Part shown: in pieces, positions 33,201-49,727 of the stretch
Layout: the number at the start of each line of letters is the position of its first letter
How positions within the stretch are numbered: position 1 is the first letter of the stretch
DNA from: the human T2T-CHM13v2.0 reference genome, Homo sapiens
Direction: 5' to 3' (one strand)
DNA length: 64,000 nucleotides
Assembly (NCBI RefSeq): GCF_009914755.1
Contig: NC_060942.1
Program-made: the position numbers and the translations under genes
The notes under the pieces: generated by a model
Told to the model about the DNA's origin: nothing
Database searches by the model: none
What the model saw: the letters and a program-made list of their open reading frames with translations, nothing else

Positions 33201-34096
33201 GAAAACTTGAATTAGAATCCTCAGAGATCTTTCCAGATCTTCACTGTCTCCTAATGAGAAATGTAAAATGCAAATATAAGGAAAACAGACCCTTATTTTG
33301 ATTCTGAGACATCAGGACTCAGCTACTCTTGGGGCTGAAGCAACAGTCAAATAACAGATATTATAGTACCTTCCCTGCCCTATAGGACTAGGTTTTTGTA
33401 TCTTACGCAACACATTAGACATATCCCAATTTTAGTATTAATCGTATGAATTTTTAACTTGCCTCTTCCTCTTACCAGGTTATGAATATCTTAAAAATAG
33501 GAACTGTGTCTTATTCACCTTTGTGACCCCCAATACAAGGGCCTGTCATACAGCAGAGCCTCAATAATATTTATCGAGTAGACATTTGGATTAAAGTTTC
33601 CTTTTCCAAAGTATTTTAAAACAGACAAAAACGTACAGAGTTAACATTGCATTTTTAATCAATATTGCAGACATTTTAATTATAGAAAACAATGTGATAT
33701 ACTGCCCCAAATGGTCAATTTGTGTAATCAAAGCAACTAAGTTGATATGGAAAATAGGGTATGTGGTATTACCCAACATGGCTTCAGCTTGGCACTTCCT
33801 CCATTAAAACCAACTTTTTAATGGATTAATTCCCATGCTAAACAAAGTCCCCAGTTCTGTAATATTTTATTTGAAGCACTAATACTTTCATTCAAACCAG
33901 ATTTCAAGGTCCTCCTTCCTTAGGATTGTCAATATTCATATTTTAAATAAAATCTTCATTTGGCAAATTAAAACCATTACCTCCTGGAGAATGAGTTAAT
34001 GGTATTACAGGGATCCATCCAGGTGTTATGTAAGGGGACAATCTATTTATGCTTCAGACCCCAACAGAAGTGACTCTTCCCCACAAAGATGTATTA

Positions 34097-34432
<336 letters not shown>

Positions 34433-36059
34433 ACACAAAGTTCTCAGCACAGGCAGGGGAAGATCTGTGGCTCGTGCAGCATTCCTCATGCAGTTATAGA
34501 AGCAGGTAACCAGAAAGGCATACTGGAGAGAAGCAAAGACTTCTTGGTAAAACTGAGGAACTTAGATTCAATTCCTAAAGTAAATGTTGATATTTCCAGA
34601 TGTCAAGACTAAGAACTGTCTGCAGATACAAATCCATAATCTCTCATCTGAAACCCTTGGAGCAGTTGTGTTTCAGAATTCAGAATTTTCAGCATTTCAG
34701 AAAGGATACTGTGAAACCCAACTAATGTGGAACACCCGTAGCAGGATGTGTAGCAACGTCTCATATAAAACAAATTAAAACTTCCTCCACGAATTATTAG
34801 TAATATCCCATATGAAGGGGTAAGGAGCGTGACTAGCCTCTCTCTGGCTCGAGCGTAGTTTTGCAGTCAAATCAGATCAGGAGAGGGCAGTTTCGCCACC
34901 AAATGGGTTTCATTTTCAGAGTTCTTGGACTTTGGAATTATGGATAATAGACTGTTAGTTGCTATAGTAAAGAGATCTAACACAAGAAAATGATACATTA
35001 GTGTAGCCGAGGGTAGGAAACAAGAATGTGGGAAACAGGAAAATATAAGCAGACTCTGAAAGAGGACAACAGACCACACAGGCAAACTAACCATTTTCTT
35101 AACCACAGTGGCTGAAGGTCTTCGTGACATGGAACTAGAGGCTGGTTTCAGAAACAACTGCATTTCTTTAAAATTACTCTGTAACAGGAAGAAAAACAGC
35201 CCTCTCCCACACATTTGGGGACCTGAGAATGACAGATGCCCACCCCAGCTCTCTTTCTCTTAGAAAGCTTACCTGAAAAATTGCCTAAAAATTCAACACA
35301 ACACTAAAACTAGAAAGAACAAACTTTTTATTTTAGAGCCTTTGATTGGCTTAGGAATGAGCATTACTAGGGGCTTTGTTCTTTAATATATTTCAAGGCA
35401 CAGTCTGAAAAAAGCAAAGGGAACAAAGGCAAGTGCCTCCGTTGTTGACCCTTTACTTAACTCTTTTTTTTGGCTGGAGCAAGCATCCTGAGTATTTTGC
35501 AGATAGAAAAATGTATATGGATGTATTATACTGGCATAGCTGTGAGAATCAACCTTTGTCCTGGGGAGCGTACTGTGTGTTTATGTGTGTGTGTGTCTAA
35601 TTGATATATTTACTAGTTACCTATTGGAAGTTCTAAAAGGATGAAGAAACATGTTTGTGTCTGCCATTGCCATGGAGACCACAAAGGGGAGCCGACTTGA
35701 AGTGGCAAAGCCGACAATGGACCGTTCTTTGGAGCTGAGAGTTGCAAGGGCCCCTTGGTTTGAGCTGCTCAAATTCCAATATCCCAGCTCCATTCCTCAC
35801 TGGTGCTGCTGAAGACTGAGTAAGTTAGACTTGGGAAACCTCATGCTGAGGATTACCACATCCCACAAGCTACTCAAGATGGTGATGGGGTTCAGGACAT
35901 GCCACCTCAAAATACGGCACCTTGGCTTTTGAGGAAACAGCAGAAGCAAGATGGTTACTGTGATCTTCTCCTGCCCTTCCCGCCTAAAGACAGGCCATGA
36001 AATAATTATCTGGCCTTCCTCTGAAGTGGGCCATAAGGCCCTCATGTGCCCTATACCTG

Positions 36060-36650
36060 TGTAAAAAGAAAAGTAAAGTACAAGTTCCTCTTCAAAGACT
36101 TCCCTCCCTGTCTAATTAGGAATAAATAGTAACTTGTCTTAGAAGCAAAATTTATTCAAAAACCTGTGGTAACATTCTTAAATATCTGCTAGCCGTAATA
36201 AAGAAATCAATGTACTTTATATTCTTAGCTCCCACAATTTAGCCTAAATATTTGCCCTGGCATGCTTATACTGGTCCAAGCAAGTGTTAGGCCATAGCCT
36301 GTTCTTCTTCCTTCTTTAAAAGTGTTATTACCTTTTTCAGCATTCCGAAAGTTACTTCCTCCTTCCTTTGTTCTCCTCTACCTTTGCCTCTTTTAAAAAG
36401 TTCTAAGTTGCTAACCAATCAGGACAAATACAGAATGTGAGGTCCCGTTACAGCCAATGGAAACCAGACACAGCAGTAGGGTGGACGCATCAGGTTAAAT
36501 GACCCTGTCTCCTTTGTTCGGTGTACTCTCGTGGCAAAACTGCTGGCAAGTGTATCCTTTCTGCAGGAAGTAAAAATGGCCTTACTAAATAAATTAAATT
36601 TATGTTCAAGTGGATTTCTTTATGGCACTGGGGAACAAGCATTTCGAACA
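36060..36650 (+). mobile_element. LTR10-family (HERV-I) solo LTR
   Basis: TGTAAAAAG...gttcctcttcaaagac...gaaCA; TSD cctg at 36056-36059 and 36651-36654. Confidence 0.8.
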
Positions 36651-36750
36651 CCTGGAAGAAAGGAATGTCACACTGGGGCACACGGAAGAATCTGAACAAC
36701 CAGGCCTTGCTAAGTTCTCCCTAGTTTATTACCATTACGTCAGATCCTTT

Positions 36751-37234
36751 TGAAAGTTGCACATACCAGGATGAAAGCACTTTTGTCAGACCTAGACAAA
36801 ACAGGGCTGGGAAGGCCTGAAAGAGCGGAGGCTCATGCTACGTGTCTGAGAAGAAGAACTGTTTCCAAGGGCTCTCTAAAAACCCTTCATGCATCTTTTG
36901 CTTTGATAAGGCTCATCACTAGACATCCTTTAGGACTGCAGCAATTCGGGGAAGACACACTCGGAAGAACACTTGCCGAGCAATGGCATCTCCACCAGCG
37001 AACTGAAAACAACTCTGGCTTTGACCCTCTAGAACTAATAAACTCTGCTTCCAAGCAGCTTGTTTAAATTTCTTTTTCCTAATAAAACTTCCCCTTTACC
37101 CTTCTGTCACCGAATGCACTGGTGGCTTGCCATTTACTTCATACATCCTAGATTATAGTCCTTATTTCTATTCCCAAATATTCCCAACATATTTAGAGAG
37201 AATTTTTTCTAGTGTCTTTTTTTTCAGGTTGACA
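36751..37234 (+). mobile_element. ERV1-type solo LTR (family not identified)
   Basis: TGAAAG...ggttgaCA, internal AATAAA at 37081; TSD cttt at 36747-36750 and 37235-37238. Confidence 0.78.
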
Positions 37235-37848
37235 CTTTTGTCCCCCAATCTTATTTCTCCACAACTGTCCACCTTTTCATCCAATTTAATATAAAAATAC
37301 AGAAACTTCCCTGTTTCTTTGGGTCACATTTCTTGAGGGCTCCCACGTCACATAAAACATATAATAAATTTGTGTGCTTTTCTCCTGTTAATCTATCTTT
37401 TATTACAGGTGCCTCAGCCATGAACTTAGCAATGGGTGAGAAATCTTTTCTCCCCTACAATGGCAAGGTGGGAGTTGATGGGGAGGGGCGGCAACCTAGA
37501 GCCAAATTATCAGCCTCTATCAGGATTTACAAAAAAAGGGGTGGGCTTCTAAGAAGACTCTCTCAGAGAAAGCTGTGAACTGGAACACAGGGGAGGGAGG
37601 TTAGGATTTGAGGAGTTCCACAAGGTGGACCACCTTTGAGAGATTAAATTTTTGTGCTTTTCATTTGGACTACAGGGAAAATTAAATGAAGCTATTACTG
37701 ATGTGGAAGGAATAGCTTCCTGTAACAGGAGACTGTGGCTTCCTATAACAGGAGACTATCACAGTTACCAGCAGGTATGTGAACAGTGGCCCACTGCAGA
37801 GTTAGGAGCAGAAATGAATCAAATTTCCTCATTTCCTATTATTCTGGA

Positions 37849-37998
37849 GCAGTGCTTCTCAAACTGTAATGTGCATATGAATCACCTGAAGATGTTATTG
37901 TTGAAATGCAGTAGATCTGGGGTAGGGCCTGAGTCTGCATTTCCAACAAGCCCCCAGATGATGCCAGAGCTGCTGCTCCTCCAACCACACTTTGAGTA
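37849..37998. mobile_element. MER5A
   Basis: cagtgcttctcaaact...gaatcacctg...tctgcatttccaacaagc...ccacactttgagta. Confidence 0.8.
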
Positions 37999-38339
37999 CA
38001 CTCAGACAATGACCACTGAACAAGGGAGGGCAGCCAACTCCGGATACAAGTAGGGGAAGCAGCATGTTGGGTACCTAATATTTATCCATCGTTGTATGGT
38101 GAGATAATTACGGTTCTTCAGTCTCAAAAAGCCTGTCATTATCTTCAAAAAAGGCTAAATTAATGATGCCTCTAAGATATTATTGTAGATTGCTATTTGG
38201 AGCAGGGACTCATTTGACTATTTTCTTTGAGATTTAGTCTCTCAAAGTGGACAAAAATTTCTCTAACTAGTTGCTGGCAGTGTTTACTAATCATTGCATT
38301 AACAGAGGCAACAATGGTCAGAAATTATTACTGGGATAT

Positions 38340-39149
38340 TGAAACCACCTTTGCAAACATTGTGACACTGAGAGAAGTCTAGCATGGCTGACTCCATCTT
38401 GCTTCTAGCCTCATAGGCTGGCTGTCCTCGCTCATTCCTGGGCATAGGCCCGTCAGACCATGGGAGGAATTTAGTTTATAGTTTAACTTGGAAGCAAGAA
38501 TGATAATAATACCTCCCTAAAGCTGACCCCCTCCTTGTTCAGGGACTGAAACCACATTTGTAAGACTAATGAAAGATCACAAGATTAAGATTATGGGAGG
38601 AGCCCAAATTCTGCTACAATGTAGGCATTAGTTACATGATAACCAGCCATTGTTCCCTGGCTTGCTTTTCTAGAATCCCTTACTGCTCAGGAGTCATAAA
38701 GCTGGAAGTCACAAGATATGTAACTTCCCCAGTTGCTCCTATAGATGACATCACTATTGTCAAACCTAAGATTGATTGGTCTTTGAGATATTTCTTAGAC
38801 TTTCGCATTCTGATAACCAACTGACTCCACCTGGACCCATACGAAGGAACTGACTCAACTGGTGACTCCCACCCAGAAATTGACTCAGCACACCAAAACC
38901 ATTTGGACACTCCTATGGACTTCATTCCCATTCAATCCAGAGCATCCATTCCTTACCCCCCTGCCCACCAAATTATACTTACAAACCCTAGCCTCCAGGC
39001 TCTCAGGGAGGCAGATTTGAGAATTATCTCCTGTTGTTCTGCTTGGCTGGCCCTATGATCATCAGACTGTTTCTCTGCTGCAATACCACTGTCTCAGTGA
39101 ATTGGCTTTATCTGTGCAGTGGGTCAGATGAACCCATCAGGTGATTACA
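38340..39149 (+). mobile_element. LTR8-family solo LTR
   Basis: TGAAACCACCTTTGCAAA...gactccatcttgcttcta...gattaCA; TSD atat. Confidence 0.85.
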
Positions 39150-39464
39150 ATATTTGTAATTCCTAATAAAAACTACAAGAAGGTTAGAATTTTCTGGGGT
39201 GAGCCAAATTAAGAAAAAAAAAAGAAATTCCAAATTATAGGGATTATCAAGCAACATTAGCAAAGATTCTCATCATGTGACTATTATCCTAAGAACATCA
39301 CCTGGATTGCAGCCTTGTGAAGCCATGAGAAGAGAACCCAGTGAAACTGTGCCTGGACTTCTGGCCTATAGCAACTGTGAGATAATAAAATGGGTGTTTT
39401 TCTAGGTCATTAAATTTGTGGTAATTTGTTGCAAAACAATTCTATGCAGCAATAGAAAACTAAT

Positions 39465-41450
39465 ATATTTACTGAACTTTTTTCCTACCAACTCTAATCT
39501 ATTAAGCCTACTGAATGAATTTTTCATTTCAGCTGTTGTACTTTTTATTCTATAATTTTTCTTTAGTGCTTCATTATAGTTTCCATTTCTCTGATTATTC
39601 CTTAAAACCATATTTTCTTTAAGTCCTTGGTATATTTATAATAGCTTTTTAAAAGTATGCATTTGTTAAATCCAATGTCTGAGCTATCTCAGCGTCTGTT
39701 CTACTTTTTTTTCTTAGCTCTTGCTCTTCTTTGCATGTCTGTTAATTTTTTTTATTGTTTAGTAGACATTGTTGGTGATACATTTTATAGATTCTGAATT
39801 TCAATATCTCATTCTCTAAATAATGTTAAGTTATGCTCTTCGGCTGTTAATCATGGTTGATCACTTTGAAGTCGCATGGGCTTCCTTAGGGAAAATCTGT
39901 GGAAGACCCAAGATATTTACTAAGCCCACAGAAATCTAATTCCAACCTCTGTTTACCCAGTAGATTTTGACAAGGCTTTGTTTTAGAGGCTTTTTTTTAG
40001 AGTGATCTAGAATAAGCCTTGCTCCAGGACATAATCCTCATGACTAAGGCATGGCCTTCATAAATTCCTGGGATATTAATGAGGTCACTCTACTCTGGCT
40101 GGAACTCAGTCAATGTCTCTCAGCACTGTTTGATTTCTCATATTGTTCCAAACTCAACTGTACAGCAGCAGCTCTCTGGTAAGACTCCCAAAGGTTCAGT
40201 CTGTGCATGTGCAGCCCAATCCTCAGATAAAAACTCAGAGATCCCACAAACACATACCTGCACCCGCCATTTTGCACAGGTGCCTCCTTCCCCATTCCCA
40301 GCCCTACCAATTCCAGGCATCTTGGCAGCCCAAACTCTGATCTTGGCCTCCTTAGCTCCACAAGACCACTCATCTTGGCAAAGCCTCCACCTCTCTATGC
40401 CACAGCTTGGAAATTGCCCCCAGACAGAGATTCTAGATGAATATAGAGCTTACCTTGTGAGTTTTTCTTATTTCAGTGATCACAGTCTTCTACTACCTGT
40501 TACCCAATGTCTAAAACTGTTGCCTCATACAATTTTATTGTTTTCATTCAGCAAGAGGCCTAATCTGGTACTAGGTGCTCAGACATGGCTAGAAGCAGAA
40601 ATCTTTTTTCATCCCTTTTTAAAAACTGTGGTAAGAACACAACATGAAAGTTATCTTTTTAACACATTTTTAAGTGTACAATATAGCATTGTTAACTATA
40701 GGCATAAGGTTGTACAGTAGAGCTCTGGAATTTATTCGTCTTGCATAATCCAGGCTTTATGCAGATCAATTAGCCATTCCTAATGATCCCTTTCTCCCAG
40801 CCCCTGGCAACCACTATTCTACTGCCTGCTTCTATAAGTCTGACTACTTTAGCTACCTCATGTAAGTGAAATCACGCAGTATTTGTCCTTCTGTAACTTG
40901 ACATAACATTCTTAAGGTTTATTCATATTGTTGCATATTATAGGATTTTCTTCCCTTTTTCAAGGCTGAATAATATTCAATTGTATGTGTATACCACATT
41001 TTTTAATCCGTTAACCTATCAATGGACTCTTACGTTGGTCCCACACCTTGGCTATTATGAATAATGCTGCAAAGAAGATGGGAATGCTAATGTCTCTTCA
41101 AGATCCTGATTTCTATTCTTTTGGATAAATACTGAGAAGTGAGATTACTGGATCATATGGTTGTTCTATTTTTAATTTGTTGAGGAAAGTGACTTCATTG
41201 ATATTACACCAAAATCACAAGCAACAATCATAAAAATAAGCAAGCAGGACAACATCAAACTGAAAAGCTTCCGTATAGCAAAAGAAACAACAGGGGAAAA
41301 GACAACCTATGGAATGGGAGAAAATATTTGCAAACCATATATCAGATAAGGAGTTAAATTTACAAAATATATAAAGAACTATGACTCACTTGGAAGAAAA
41401 CTAATAACTCATTTTTTTAAATGGGCTAAAGACTTAAATAGACATTTCTT
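39465..41450. mobile_element. Old L1M fragments (minus to about 41190, then plus)
   Basis: L1 3' motifs on minus 40620-41190; acaacatcaaactgaaaagcttc...gaatgggagaaaatatttgcaaac on plus. Confidence 0.65.
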
Positions 41451-42125
41451 TCATCCTTCCTTTTTAAATGATTGTTTTTCTTTATTATCAATTTTAATAT
41501 TGAAAAAGCTCTTGTTTTCCAAGTTTTCATAGCCTCTGATGCAAAGGCTCATCAAGTGTTTTAAACTTGGAATAGTTTTTTTAAATATAAAATCAGATTG
41601 TATATATGCAACAAAAAATGCTGGAAAGCACTATTACTGCTTTGTCATTTCTTTAAAGTATCATTATGACACACGTATCATTACAAAGTATTTCTCAGGC
41701 TGGTATATATCACACAAAAATCTCATCTTTTGATACAGTCTGAGTGGCCAGATCAAGGTCACTTTAACTCATTGCCATTCCTTAATCCTGCAATGAGCAA
41801 CGAGTGGTAAGAAAGGGAAGGAAAGATGGTTAGGTAGTCTGCCAACATACTGGTCCTCAGATGAGGAGAAAGGGATGTAGAAGTATGGGGCTAAGGGAGA
41901 AGGTGACCCAGCGGCTGCCAGCCTGCCAGCCAAATGCGCCAGTGAGAGCCAAAGTGGACAAACAGAAGCTTGGGTCCTCTGATGCCCCAGGAGGGAGAAG
42001 GGAGGAAAAGAACATGATTTTCTTCCCTGATGCCAGGCGAAATGTGACATCGAAGTTGAGCATATCCTTCCTAACTTCAGGAGTCCATGTAAATCAGGGA
42101 TATTAAATTAAGGACTGACTAATGA

Positions 42126-42948
<823 letters not shown>

Positions 42949-44029
42949 TCATTGAAGACTTAAACAAAATTAGCTGAAACATTCCTACCTACAAAGTGTA
43001 GGAGATCTAATGCTCTCTAAAGATTTCTGCAGCTTTCCCAGGGTTTACCTTCTCATGTGCAATTCTGGCTCATGGTTTCTGCTCTGGCAGGACTCACGAA
43101 TCTCAGTATACCTTGTATACCAAACTAGATGTCAAATTCAACTCCTTGTCCTTGGTTTACACACACACACACGTGCACACACACACATGAACTCATACAA
43201 GGCTTTCGTGTGTATAGCAGAGTTTACTGAGGTTTGGAGTTGACAGAGGCATTCACAACTTTGCATTTCCAACAACTTAAAAATTAGAGGAAGTCTGTGC
43301 TTATATTTCCTTTGGCTAGCTTGCCATGTTGTTCTGTGGCCTGCATACCTCCAACACCATTCTCCTCTCCATTCCTTCCTCAGAAAATCCACAGAAATTC
43401 AATTTCCTCACTTTATTATGTAAAACAATTAAACTTACCCATGCTGTTTGGTGATATCAAGAAAAAAAAAGTAGTTCCCAAACTAAGAAATGGAAGAACT
43501 GTGTATTCTGCACCTTTTGGAGCTTGAATAAAATGATTACAAGCAATAACCTGTTTAAAATATCACTGCATTGGCCCCATTTGATCTTTTCACGTTGATT
43601 GGCCTAATCAGCACCTCAGTCAAGGGATGAAACTTTGTTATTCCAATTAGTAGCACCACAGATGTACCTTCATCATTTGCTTGTAGATGGCTTTTCTTTC
43701 TTGACTGGTAGATAGCTGCCTACCATCTCAGACCACCTTACCGCAGACTTTTTTCTAACCACGGATAGGGTCATGATGAAATGACCTACAAATGTAGGAA
43801 ATGAAACTGCAAACTATTCTTACATTAAAAAACATTAGCTACCTATGCAATTATTATCTTTCCTATTTAACCCCCTTATTATCAGTCTGTCTGTCTTGTT
43901 ATCTCTCTCTTTTTCTCTCTCCCTCCTGTTTTCACTTTACAGGTTCCATTGACACTAGCAAATTAATAAATTTTGACACAAACTCAATATCTAATTTGTC
44001 TAAGGACAATGAACTCTTCTAAATAAATA

Positions 44030-44820
44030 ATCAAAAGGCACATGGAAAGATGCTCAACATAACTATTCATGTAAGAAATGTAAATGAAATCCACTATTAA
44101 GTTACTACTCCATACCTATTAGAATGGCTAAAACTTAGACTTGACCATACCAAGTGTTGATGAAAATATGGAGGAATTCGAACTCTCATATACTACTGGT
44201 GGTGAAATAAATTGGCACAGCCACTTGGAAAACACCAACAATTCCTAAAATGGCTAAGCTTACACTTACTATATTATGCAGCAACTCTGCTCCTAGGAAT
44301 TTGTCCAAGGGAAATGAAAACATGTCTATACAAAGACTTGTACACAAAAGTTCATAGCTGTTAGCTATGTACATTATGATAACCTAAATCTGGAAATGAC
44401 CTAAATGCTCAACTACAGGTAAACAAATAAACTGTAGCCTATCCAAAAAGTAGAATACTATGTAATAAGAAGAAACAAAGTATTGATACAGACTGCAACA
44501 TGGGTGAATTGCAATATCATTATGCTGAATGAAGGAAGCCAGACCAAAAAAAAAGAGTACATGCTTAAAATTCCATGTATGTAAGGTTATAGGAAATGCA
44601 AACTAATGCATAATGATAGAAAGCAGATCAATGCTTGAGGAGAAACAACAAAGAATCATAGGGAACTCTTGTTGGGTGGGAGGGTAAAAGATATGTTCAT
44701 TATCTTGATTCTGGTGGTAACTTCACAGGTGTACACATATATCAAAACTTATCAAATTGTATATGTTAAATATGTGCAGCGTATTATATGCCAATTATAC
44801 ATCAGTAGAGCTGTTAAAGA
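44030..44820 (+). mobile_element. L1ME/L1MC 3' fragment
   Basis: Degenerate L1 3' motifs (gatgctcaacat, tgctgaatgaaggaagccagac). Confidence 0.7.
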
Positions 44821-45081
44821 TCTTGGCTATCTTCCATAACCATTCCCTAAATGACAATAAGAGAATGTTCTACGGAAATAGAACTACCTATGTTTTCATA
44901 TTGTTTCATTTTCTAAATACGTTTGATATTGTGATAAAATGTGAATTATGGGTGATTTTTATTGTTTTTAAATGAGTTTTTAAAATACCTATGAAATGTT
45001 ATAATATACGTGTATTTTTTTTATTGGAATAGGTATTGGGCTCTGTAAGAGTTCTCAGGAAGTTTAGAAAATGACACTTGT

Positions 45082-45476
45082 CATGAGTTAGATTGTGTCC
45101 TCCCAAAATTCATATGTTGAAGTCCAGACCCCAGTACCTCAGAATGTGACCTTATTTGGAAAGAGGATCTTTACAGAGATAATCAAGTTAAAACGAAGTC
45201 GTTAGGTTGGGCCCTAATCTAATAAGACTGCTTTTCTCATACAAAGGAGAAATTCAGAGACAGGCACAGATACAAGAAGAAGCTGTGTGAACATGAAGAC
45301 AAGGCAAGGCGAGAGGCCCAAAGCAGATTCTCCCTCACAGTCCTCAGGGGGAGCAACCCTGCAAACACTTTGATCTTGACTTTCCAGCCTCCAGAATGGT
45401 GAGATAATGAATTTTGGTTACTAAAGCCATTGAGTTTGTGACACTTTATTACAGGAGCCCTAACAAACTCATACAA
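45082..45476 (+). mobile_element. MLT1B-like LTR
   Basis: aaattcatatgttgaagtcc...gtacctcagaatgtgaccttatttgga...aaactcataca. Confidence 0.85.
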
Positions 45477-45654
45477 CACCACTGTGAAGCAGAGAGATGA
45501 CATTCTCACCTGGAACTCAGGACCAGCTCCGGCATTTTTGAAAGAACCCATGAGGAAATTATCACTTGGACCACTCAGAGTAAGAAGCTAATTGCAGCAA
45601 AAATAAATATATATGGCTTGAGAGGATTAATAATTCCTTAACTAAGTTACAAGG

Positions 45655-45956
<302 letters not shown>

Positions 45957-46066
45957 CTAAGTTACAAGGAAAAGAATGTTGGTGAATAGCAGTGATCCTG
46001 TGGTTCCTGTTACAAGTTTCTTAAGAGGCAACCGGGGAGAGTCACTGGAAAGAAACCTGGGACTGA

Positions 46067-46355
<289 letters not shown>

Positions 46356-47420
46356 CTATATGATGTTATTTTTTAATAAATAATTTAACTTATAGTGATC
46401 TTAAAAAGCTGCTATTCAACACCACTGATTATCAAAAATTAGATATTATATTTATAACTAAGAAAAGTCAGAGAAATAAAAATAAGATCAGAAGTGACAA
46501 ATATGGCACTTACGCCCATGATTTTATTCATTTTGCTCATTAATGTTTAAAATACTTAGTTAAAATTATAAAATAAAATGGTTAGAAAGAGTTAAAATAA
46601 AAATTCGACATGGGTGAAGATAATAATCACGTCATAAATGGAGAGCTTCACAGCAGCTGATTTTTAAGAGCAACGCTCTTCTGTTTTTAATCCCACTTTC
46701 AGGGGTGCCTGAGAGCTATCTGAATGCTAATCGTGACTCTCATGGAAACAAGAAATTCAGCCTCCTGGCAATCTCTTTACCAGAAAAATCTATCAGGTAG
46801 CTCAAAACAATAGCCATTAAATTTATGAAATAGTTAATGTAAACTTTCTCCAATAAATTTCTATGAATCTAATTTTTTCTCAATATCATAGTCAATGACT
46901 TTTGTTTGAAAAATGCAACAGAACATTTCCAAGTACCGGCCGTTTCTACCCAACCCCAGCCAGCTGCTATCTGTTCTTGGAATATTGCTCTGAAACTGAA
47001 CAAGTGAAACTAGAATACATCCAAACCCTTCTCTTAATCAATTACTCCCCATGGTCCTAAGGATATTTTTAAAGAAAAGAAAGTGAAAGTTTCTAATCTC
47101 CTCCAGTCATCCCCAGAAGCCAGTGTAGTTCTGGTCCTGGGTTTTTTGAGAAGTCTAAATGTCATAAAATTTGATGACTCTCAGGAAAGACTCATAGCCA
47201 AATCTCCACCTATGTGGGTCTGCTATTGATGATTGAATTTTCCACCGTTAAAGAAAAATTACTTTGCTTAAAATATTGTCCTTTTTTAAAATGTAAAAAA
47301 TTCCAAGAAAACTAAAACTAAACAAAGGTCTATATTTAATGCCTCAGTTAATAAATGATAGCTGACAGAAGATACTGATCGGATGTAAATACACAAATAA
47401 TATTTTATATCCGATTAGAG

Positions 47421-47971
<551 letters not shown>

Positions 47972-49727
47972 GACTACAGCTTTATTATGTAATGAGGCTA
48001 CTAATACATGCAGTAACACAGAGGAATCTCAAAATCACTACGATAAGTGAAAGAAGTCTTGCCTGAAAGAGTATTATTGTATGATTCCATTTATATGAAG
48101 CTCTAGAACAGCCAAAACTAAGCTATAGTGTGAAAAAAATGGAACAGTGGTTGTCTATAGGTGAGTGGACACAGCGGCCCACGGGATGAGATATGAGGGG
48201 ACTTTCTGGGATGATGATAATGTTTTATAGCTCAGTAGGAATTTGGGTTACACACGTGCATGCATTTGCCAAAAATCAGCAAGCATACACTTTAAGATTT
48301 GTGCATTTTATTTTATCTAAAGGAAAAAATAACACTAAAAAAATGTTGAACTAATGACATGGATGCTGAAGTATTCAGGGGGAAATACACTGATGTCTTC
48401 AATTTACTTTGCAATATATTAAAAAAGGTGACTTGGTGGATCAACAGAAGATGTAGAGAGATATGTGATAAAGTAAAATGTTAATGGTAGAACCTTTGCA
48501 TACAGTAGTATATGGTATACAATTTTTTAAAGTTGTTTAAATGTTTAAAATTTTTTCATAGTAAAACACTGAGGAAAAAAGATTATGTGGCTAGTAAGTG
48601 GTGTTCAAGTTCCTAAGTCAGCAGCTTTATAAATATTTGTGCTGATAAAGCCAGCCCTTTGCTCCCTCACTTCATCCACGTCTTCATTCGAACACCACCT
48701 TGTCAGTTATCTCTGACCCCCTTCTGTAAAATAATGCCATGATCCCCTGCCAAGTCCCCAGCTCTGTCTTCTGCATCATCTTTCTTTATAGCACTTACCA
48801 TAGCCTGACACATATTTATTTCCTATTTATCTCCTTCTGCCAGAACATAAGCTCAATGTGATCAGATTCATTGTCTGTTTTACACACTGTGGACTCCCCA
48901 AGGTCTAAAACCATGTTTGATACACAGTAGAAGTTCAACCATTGTCGAATGAAAACAATGCTGAAAGGATCAAGAAAATTTTTCATGTGCAATTGCTGTG
49001 TGCAAGATGCTGGGCCAGAAAAGTAAAGCAAGATTGGGTATACTCTCTGTTCTCAAGGGATCTTCAGTCTAGTTGGGCAACATAGGACGCTGATAAATAA
49101 GATCATAACAACACACAGCAGTATATGCTAAGTACCAAAGGAAAGCTAAAGAACAAAGCACAAAAGGCCCCTTGGAAGAGAGGAGACTTAAGCTTTTTCT
49201 CAAAGGAACAGTAATGACTGCCTGGTTTCCTTGGAAATGATACTTGTCATTATAAATTAATACATTGGGATGCCACTTTTGAGGGTTGTGTGATGTATCA
49301 GTTCCCATGAATTCACTCAACTTGATGTATGCTGGCATAATAACACTGTGGGAGTTCCCAAAGCGTTATTGGGATAATGAGATGGGTAATGAGAGGAAGA
49401 ATTCGAAGACCCAGAATAACTAATAGAATCAGTCTCAGAAGAAGGAATGTGATTTACAGCCCAGGTAGAGAAATTGACTTGGGGCAGGAAAAAGAGGATT
49501 TCTCCTTCTGAGCCTACAGGGGAAGAAGTTGCTTGTAAGACTAGAATTGAGTAGGCAGAAGACAAGAAGATAATGGTGTCTATGCCTTCATTTGCCCTCT
49601 GAAAGGGGAAAAGGACCTTGGTCAAAGCCTGAGTGTCCAGGAAATGGATAGAGGCAATACCACGTAGTGGTTAAGAGATTCTGCAGACAGAATCCTGGTT
49701 AATGCCAATTCTGTTACTTAGTAGCCG

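Larger units (their letters stand above)
35883..37459 (+). mobile_element. MER34-like LTR interrupted by two other solo LTRs
   Basis: TG...CA ends; TSD atgg at 35879-35882 and 37460-37463. Confidence 0.8.

Noticed and set aside
40079-40720. 213-aa ORF
   Set aside because: No recognisable domain; overlaps degenerate L1M sequence in antisense; consistent with chance.
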